A program made the translations under genes and the position numbers. A stretch of 64,000 nt of DNA from Trichomonas gallinae (lineage: Eukaryota), in contig MRSU01001054.1 of assembly GCA_008369845.1 (NCBI GenBank), forward strand, positions 1 through 64,000, in the 5' to 3' direction. The notes beneath the pieces were generated by a model. That model searched no databases and was not told the origin of the DNA. It saw only the letters and a program-made list of their open reading frames with translations. Shown here one piece after another: positions 59,224 to 64,000 of this stretch. Each line of letters begins with the position of its first letter. The stretch's first letter is position 1.

Positions 59224-61875
59224 TTAAAAAGATAGATCAATTGAAGTATCTTGTTGCTGTTCCTTGATGACTTCTTTTGCGATTGCCTCCAGTCTCTTTG
59301 TCATTTGCTTTCTCGATTGTCCATCTTTTGTCGGTCCTTTTCCTGGCTGCACATCCTTAGTATTGTTTGTCGCCATCAACTTCAATGCGGCACTCGCGTA
59401 TTCGCTGACCGAGAAGTTTATCGATGACTTGAATGTTAGTTTAAGTCTTCTGATGTTTTCTTCGAACTGATTGTCGAGCCATGCCTTTTCTCTATTTCCT
59501 TCATTCTCCAGCTGCTTCAGCTCCTTCTGCTGCTTCTCTTCTAGCTTCTGCAGTCTCTCTTTGTGCTTCCTGTCGATTTCGAACAAAGCCTCGTTCATCA
59601 GCTTCTGCCTTAACTTCTCCATCTCGTTGACTTTAATTTGCGCCTGGTCGTAGTCTTTCTGCTGCGTCAGCCTTGCCGCCTGCTGCCTGATGTGCTCCAC
59701 CTCAGGGAACTGCTTCCTCTTGACCATCTCCTTCTCTATGTAGTACTTCTTGTACAAGTTCGTCATCTCAGGAATGTGCAAGTTCTTTTCTTTAAGCTGG
59801 AACTTTTCTTCTATCGCGTTTTCCTGCGCGATGTTCTCTCTGTTGTGCTCGTCAACGAACTCGCAGTGCTTGTGCATGAAGTTTGTCAGTATGTTCTCTA
59901 TCACGTCCTTGAATGCCTGGTCGAAGCACTTCAAAATCTCCGCGCGCTGGTCGACGTCGTTTTGAACAATCATCTGGTCTATCTCTTTCACTCTCTCTAT
60001 GTTCACTTCCAGCGCCGCCTTCTTGCGCATCTCTGACAGAATCTTGCCGTTCTGAGCGACAAGCGACGGGAGCTCCTTGGAGATCTCGATGGCCTCCTTC
60101 AAGTCGACTCTAACCGTTTCGATGATCTTTATTCGCAAAATTTCGATTAAGTCAGCTGTTGTGCCGACGATTGCCTCATCAAGGATGTTCTTGTAGCAGT
60201 CTTCTAACGACTTGCGGCCCTGCTCGGCTTGCCGCTGCGTCAGCCTGGATCTACGCGATAATCCTTCGTCTGTTTTTCCGTCGATTTCTGATCTCGATGA
60301 TTTCGGAGACTTTCTCGTTGATTCTCTTTCTTCGTCGTTGTTGCATTTGGCGAGTTTGAGCTCTTTGAGGTGCTTGTGGAGTAATTCGTTGAGATAATCA
60401 ATGAAATCTGAGAAATGATTTGGATGATCGTCTTCTTCTTCAGCAAACTTCTCTTCTTCCTCTTCCTCCTCTTCATTGGAAGCATTTGGATGGTACTGAG
60501 TGAAGAAATCTTTAGAAGCCGTTGATAAAACTGGTAATAATTCTCTGATTTTATCAGAAATGAATTTTCTGAGTTCTGCGGCATCAGCTGATATTGGCTC
60601 GATATCGTCTTCACTTACTGGTGGTCTAATTGATCTTTCCTGCTGAAGTTTGTTGACTAAATCTTCGAAAGTCGCATCAAGTGATTCAAGAAGGTCCTGC
60701 TGTAATTGTATGGCTGTTTCTTGGTCATTGATCTTTAATGCTGTTGTATAGAAGTTAACATACTGCTGGTATGATGGAATTTCGCTAATATTCATTCCTC
60801 TTAAGCTTGCGAAGAGATCCAATAAGTTTTGGCTTGTATTGCTGATATGCTCTGTTTCAGCGGCTCTGAATGTAAGTTTCATCAACTGAATAAGTTCTTC
60901 GTTAATAATATTAAAGAATGAGTCGATTGTTTTGATCTGGTATTCGAAAATTAGAGCAGATGCATTATAAGCATCCTGTTCTTCGCCTTGTTCTTCTTCT
61001 TGTGGCTTAGAAGCGCGATCAATGATTTGGTTGATGAGTTCTATTTGAGATCTGATGATATCCATGACTGTTTCGAAGACATCATTACGTCTGTTATGGT
61101 ATTTCTCGATTAATTGCTCGTTGTCTGTTGATTCTCCAGTGAAAATATGCTGAAGTGGATAATAAGAGACAGCAAGCTCATAAGATCTGTGGAAATGAGA
61201 AGTCTGTGTAAAGAAGTATTCGGCAAACCTCTCGAAAATCTCCGAAATTGTTTGTAATTCTTGTTGATCTAATTTTTGATTGTAAATATCAATGCAAAAG
61301 CCGTGAATATCGCGAAGAACCTTGATTGTTGCGGAATTTAACTCTATTGCGTAGTTGAATTTTGCATTTTTAAGCTCGCTAACAAAAGATTTCAGTTTGA
61401 TTTTTTCAGCGCTTTGTACATATTTATCGATTAACTCAACATACGTCAAAGATAAATCTTGGCACATCAATAGGAGTTTTTCGACAGCATCTGACGTGAT
61501 TTCGACATCAGATATCTTTGCGAGGCCTTTTTTGATGTATTTGAATACTAATCTTTGTATGCTGCATGTTGTTTTCTTCAGCGAATCGAGTCTTTCTGCC
61601 AGTTCCTTAGACTGTTCCTCGATTTCTTCGTGTCTGTTTTGTCTGGCTGCAGAACGTAAGAAATTCCAGTTCGACTGCAACAGAGATATTGTACAATCCT
61701 TATATCCGGCGGCATATTGGACACAGCTGATGGATGATTCATCCGAATATCCGCCTTTCAAGGAATCGCTTATATTTTGGATCATTTCATCAATAGCGGC
61801 AATTTGATCATCGATACTGACTCTAGGCTGATGCTCCTGAATTGACCTCCGCTTTCCAGATATAATCGATGACAT
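59224..61875 (-). CDS. Hypothetical helical/coiled-coil protein (883 aa)
   Basis: Long ORF, E/K/Q-rich C-terminal coiled coil, poly-E tract. Confidence 0.82.
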   Translation of the reverse strand: MSSIISGKRRSIQEHQPRVSIDDQIAAIDEMIQNISDSLKGGYSDESSISCVQYAAGYKDCTISLLQSNWNFLRSAARQNRHEEIEEQSKELAERLDSLKKTTCSIQRLVFKYIKKGLAKISDVEITSDAVEKLLLMCQDLSLTYVELIDKYVQSAEKIKLKSFVSELKNAKFNYAIELNSATIKVLRDIHGFCIDIYNQKLDQQELQTISEIFERFAEYFFTQTSHFHRSYELAVSYYPLQHIFTGESTDNEQLIEKYHNRRNDVFETVMDIIRSQIELINQIIDRASKPQEEEQGEEQDAYNASALIFEYQIKTIDSFFNIINEELIQLMKLTFRAAETEHISNTSQNLLDLFASLRGMNISEIPSYQQYVNFYTTALKINDQETAIQLQQDLLESLDATFEDLVNKLQQERSIRPPVSEDDIEPISADAAELRKFISDKIRELLPVLSTASKDFFTQYHPNASNEEEEEEEEKFAEEEDDHPNHFSDFIDYLNELLHKHLKELKLAKCNNDEERESTRKSPKSSRSEIDGKTDEGLSRRSRLTQRQAEQGRKSLEDCYKNILDEAIVGTTADLIEILRIKIIETVRVDLKEAIEISKELPSLVAQNGKILSEMRKKAALEVNIERVKEIDQMIVQNDVDQRAEILKCFDQAFKDVIENILTNFMHKHCEFVDEHNRENIAQENAIEEKFQLKEKNLHIPEMTNLYKKYYIEKEMVKRKQFPEVEHIRQQAARLTQQKDYDQAQIKVNEMEKLRQKLMNEALFEIDRKHKERLQKLEEKQQKELKQLENEGNREKAWLDNQFEENIRRLKLTFKSSINFSVSEYASAALKLMATNNTKDVQPGKGPTKDGQSRKQMTKRLEAIAKEVIKEQQQDTSIDLSF

Positions 61876-61917
61876 AATTTCTTAGTTGTTGTAAAAAAAA
61901 AAAAAAAACGCTATTTT

Positions 61918-62142
61918 GTAATGACTTCATTATTATATTTAACTATTATATCATTACTAGTTTTTGTGTATATATTTGTTTTTTTATATCAACAATTAAT
62001 TCTGTTGTGATTTTTAATTTTGATCAAATTAATTTTTAAACGTAATGAATTTTAATTCTTATATCATTATTAGTTTAATTGTATATATTTGTTTTTTCAT
62101 AACAATAGTCATTTCTGTTATGATATTGATTTCGATCAAATT
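61918..62142. repeat. Degenerate tandem duplication (about 113 bp period)
   Basis: ttatatcattactagttt...tgtatatatttgttttt...gatcaaatt at 61946-62030 recurs at 62059-62142. Confidence 0.65.
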
Positions 62143-62239
62143 TTTGAGGATTCATATCTTTTATGATATAAATATATTATCAATATATTGTTTTTAAAAA
62201 TCACATCGTATTTATCACGTAAACTTAATCAGAATTATC

Positions 62240-62703
62240 TGAGAGTTGTTGTGTCCGAAAAAAAAAAAAAAAAAAAGCAGTGAGTGTCGGACAACTCTCA
62301 AATTTGTCATTTAATTTATTTTTATCAAATTTCCTTTTTCGTAGGCTCCGCAACCGATGGCGATCAAAATGCTGTACTACGCTTCGCTGCGCTTGCATTT
62401 TGATCGCTTTAAAATCAAAAATTCGCCTTTTTCAAGCTAATTTTTGCGGCGCAATCCCATCACTATTGTTTTATCCCATCACGTAAGCGTATTGCTCGGC
62501 GCTCTATCGAGCGCCTCGGACTTACGCTCGTCCAAAAAAAAATGTAAATTTTTGCAAACACAGATATTCAAAATTCACTTTTGCTTTTATGATATAAAAT
62601 AAAAGATGTATTTTGAAGAACAGTGTTTGCTAGAATCACGAATTCAGTCTCACAATTTTCACAATTTTGAACTTTGTTCAAAAAATGAAAGAGTGAGACT
62701 GAA
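62240..62703. repeat. GC-rich multi-hairpin element (possible non-autonomous mobile element or structured RNA)
   Basis: Inverted repeats at 62240-62300, 62360-62407, 62482-62533 and 62643-62703 in otherwise very AT-rich DNA. Confidence 0.55.
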
Positions 62704-63179
62704 ATCGCAAAAATGTCCTAGTCTCAAAAGCTAATTTGAGTTTTATATTAACTTAATATTTGAATGATATTGAAATTTTACATCTTTTGACAATCAAATG
62801 CTTGTGATGTTATTTCTTTACATTTTCTTGGGATATAATCACCAGAAGAGTATTAACATTCTCAGTAGTAGTGCATTTATGAGCAGAGATGCTCATCTTT
62901 CATCAAAAAATCACATCAGTAACACACGTACCGAAACATCAGAGGAAATTTATTTTATAGAAAGGTCTATTGCAACTTGCACAGGATTAAATTGTACAAA
63001 GAATCAATTGATTCCAAAAATATATTGCATGGAAAAATATCTTCATCTTGAAAAAAAATCATATCTATGCTTTATAGAAGCGCTATCAATCAAAGTTCTA
63101 TGGATTATGGTTCTAATGATAACACTATTAATAACGCTAACCATCGAAAGAAATTGAGTCTTCTTGATTTAAATTTCCA

Positions 63180-64000
63180 ATGTTTCTCAAATTCTTATCC
63201 ATCTTTGTTTCTTTCTCTTCACACTGATGAAAATGTTTGGAAAAAGATTTGTGGGCGATAATGTTACCTATAAACCATACACAGGAAATCAAAAATATGT
63301 AAATAAGTATTCCACAGAAAACAAAAATTTCTTTGTTTATCTTGCTACATTCATAGATATTAGTCCTAATGGAGTAATTCGTATCAGAAATAGTCGCGAA
63401 AATTATGTTTTAATTTCTGAATCTTTCTTTTCTAATTCATACTCCACTCTTCCAGGTGGATCAATCGCTATAATTGCCGGATCATGCATCCAATATCGCA
63501 TCTGCAGCATAAATTCCACGCTTAGTTCATCTAACAAAGAAATTAGTGGATGTCACTCTTATGTTTCTGCATCAAATTCTAAATGTAAAAATTATATTAT
63601 TGAAAGTTCTATTTCGAATAGCAAAGGGAATGCCGCTTGTGTTAACCTTCAATTCGGAAATCAGCTCATATATTCAACAAATATTTCTTATTCCGAATGT
63701 ATTGCAGATGCTACTTACATTTTATCGAGCTCAACAACTCATAAAATCAATTTCACAACAATATTTAATAACACAGTTGACAAACAATGTGTCATGTATC
63801 ATGGGTACAATAATCAATCTGTATCATATTGCAATGTAATTAATAATATTCACAACAAATGCGATTACAATTATGGAATTGTTGGCTATTTTGGTAATAA
63901 TTTTCTTGAAATCAGTTTCTGTTCTTTCGCATCAAATTCTGGACCATCATATTTCTATAATTATAATGACTATTATGGTAATTTCAGTGTTAAACAATGT
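63180..64000 (+). pseudogene. Secreted beta-helix-like family protein, partial (runs off window); signal peptide out of frame
   Basis: Frame from ATG 63227 is open to 64000 (GGSIAIIAGSCIQYRICSINS...GCHSYVS...YIIESSIS). Signal-like MFLKFLSIFVSFS starts at 63180 in a different frame. Confidence 0.55.

Noticed and set aside
59264..60614. Many overlapping antisense or alternative-frame ORFs and raised GC inside the 883-aa gene
   Set aside because: Expected by-product of G/C-ending codon use in a coiled-coil gene; the same applies to other short shadow ORFs in the track.
62798..63157. 119-aa ORF with hydrophobic ends
   Set aside because: No motif, composition typical of AT-rich random ORFs, no supporting signals.
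1..64000. Stop-codon reassignment (TAA/TAG read as amino acid) to explain in-frame stops
   Set aside because: Well-conserved genes (Rab6, ltaE, kinases) terminate at TAA/TAG where expected, and long ORFs contain no internal stops.
1..64000. Spliceosomal introns, tRNA/rRNA, CRISPR arrays, transposase or Maverick genes
   Set aside because: No ACTAACACACAG-type intron end, RNA-gene pattern, repeat-spacer array or TE protein motif was noticed by eye; short features could be missed.

Overview
AT-rich, apparently intron-less eukaryotic DNA. Gene content and promoter signals point to a trichomonad parasite, probably Trichomonas vaginalis or a close relative (inference). The clues are a BspA-type LRR gene, DUF3447-type ankyrin genes, expanded CAMK-like kinases, TCA(C/T)T initiator motifs just before ATGs, and TAAA overlapping stop codons. 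About 20 intact genes: coiled-coil proteins, two type-I surface proteins, a GOST/TMEM87-like 7TM protein, three CAMK-like kinases, a histidine acid phosphatase, a GT8 glycosyltransferase, an ankyrin protein, a 1998-aa LRR/multipass membrane protein, LUC7, Rab6, a B-box/TLDc protein, a bacterial-type threonine aldolase, an ARM-like protein and a RapGAP-fold protein. About eight genes are disrupted: four ankyrin relics, a split BspA, XRN1 with one in-frame TAA, and two paralogous secreted-protein genes. Most notable: (1) a degenerate PARP/ART-like + B-box + coiled-coil + TLDc architecture; (2) an 8x LRRcap protein fused to a polytopic membrane domain; (3) XRN1 separated from its SH3-like domain by one stop; (4) clustered TTACRTGNCA motifs upstream of endomembrane genes; (5) a GC-rich multi-hairpin element near 62.2-62.7 kb. 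No rRNA, tRNA, CRISPR or transposase was recognised. All domain calls are by-eye motif recognition, not database searches.
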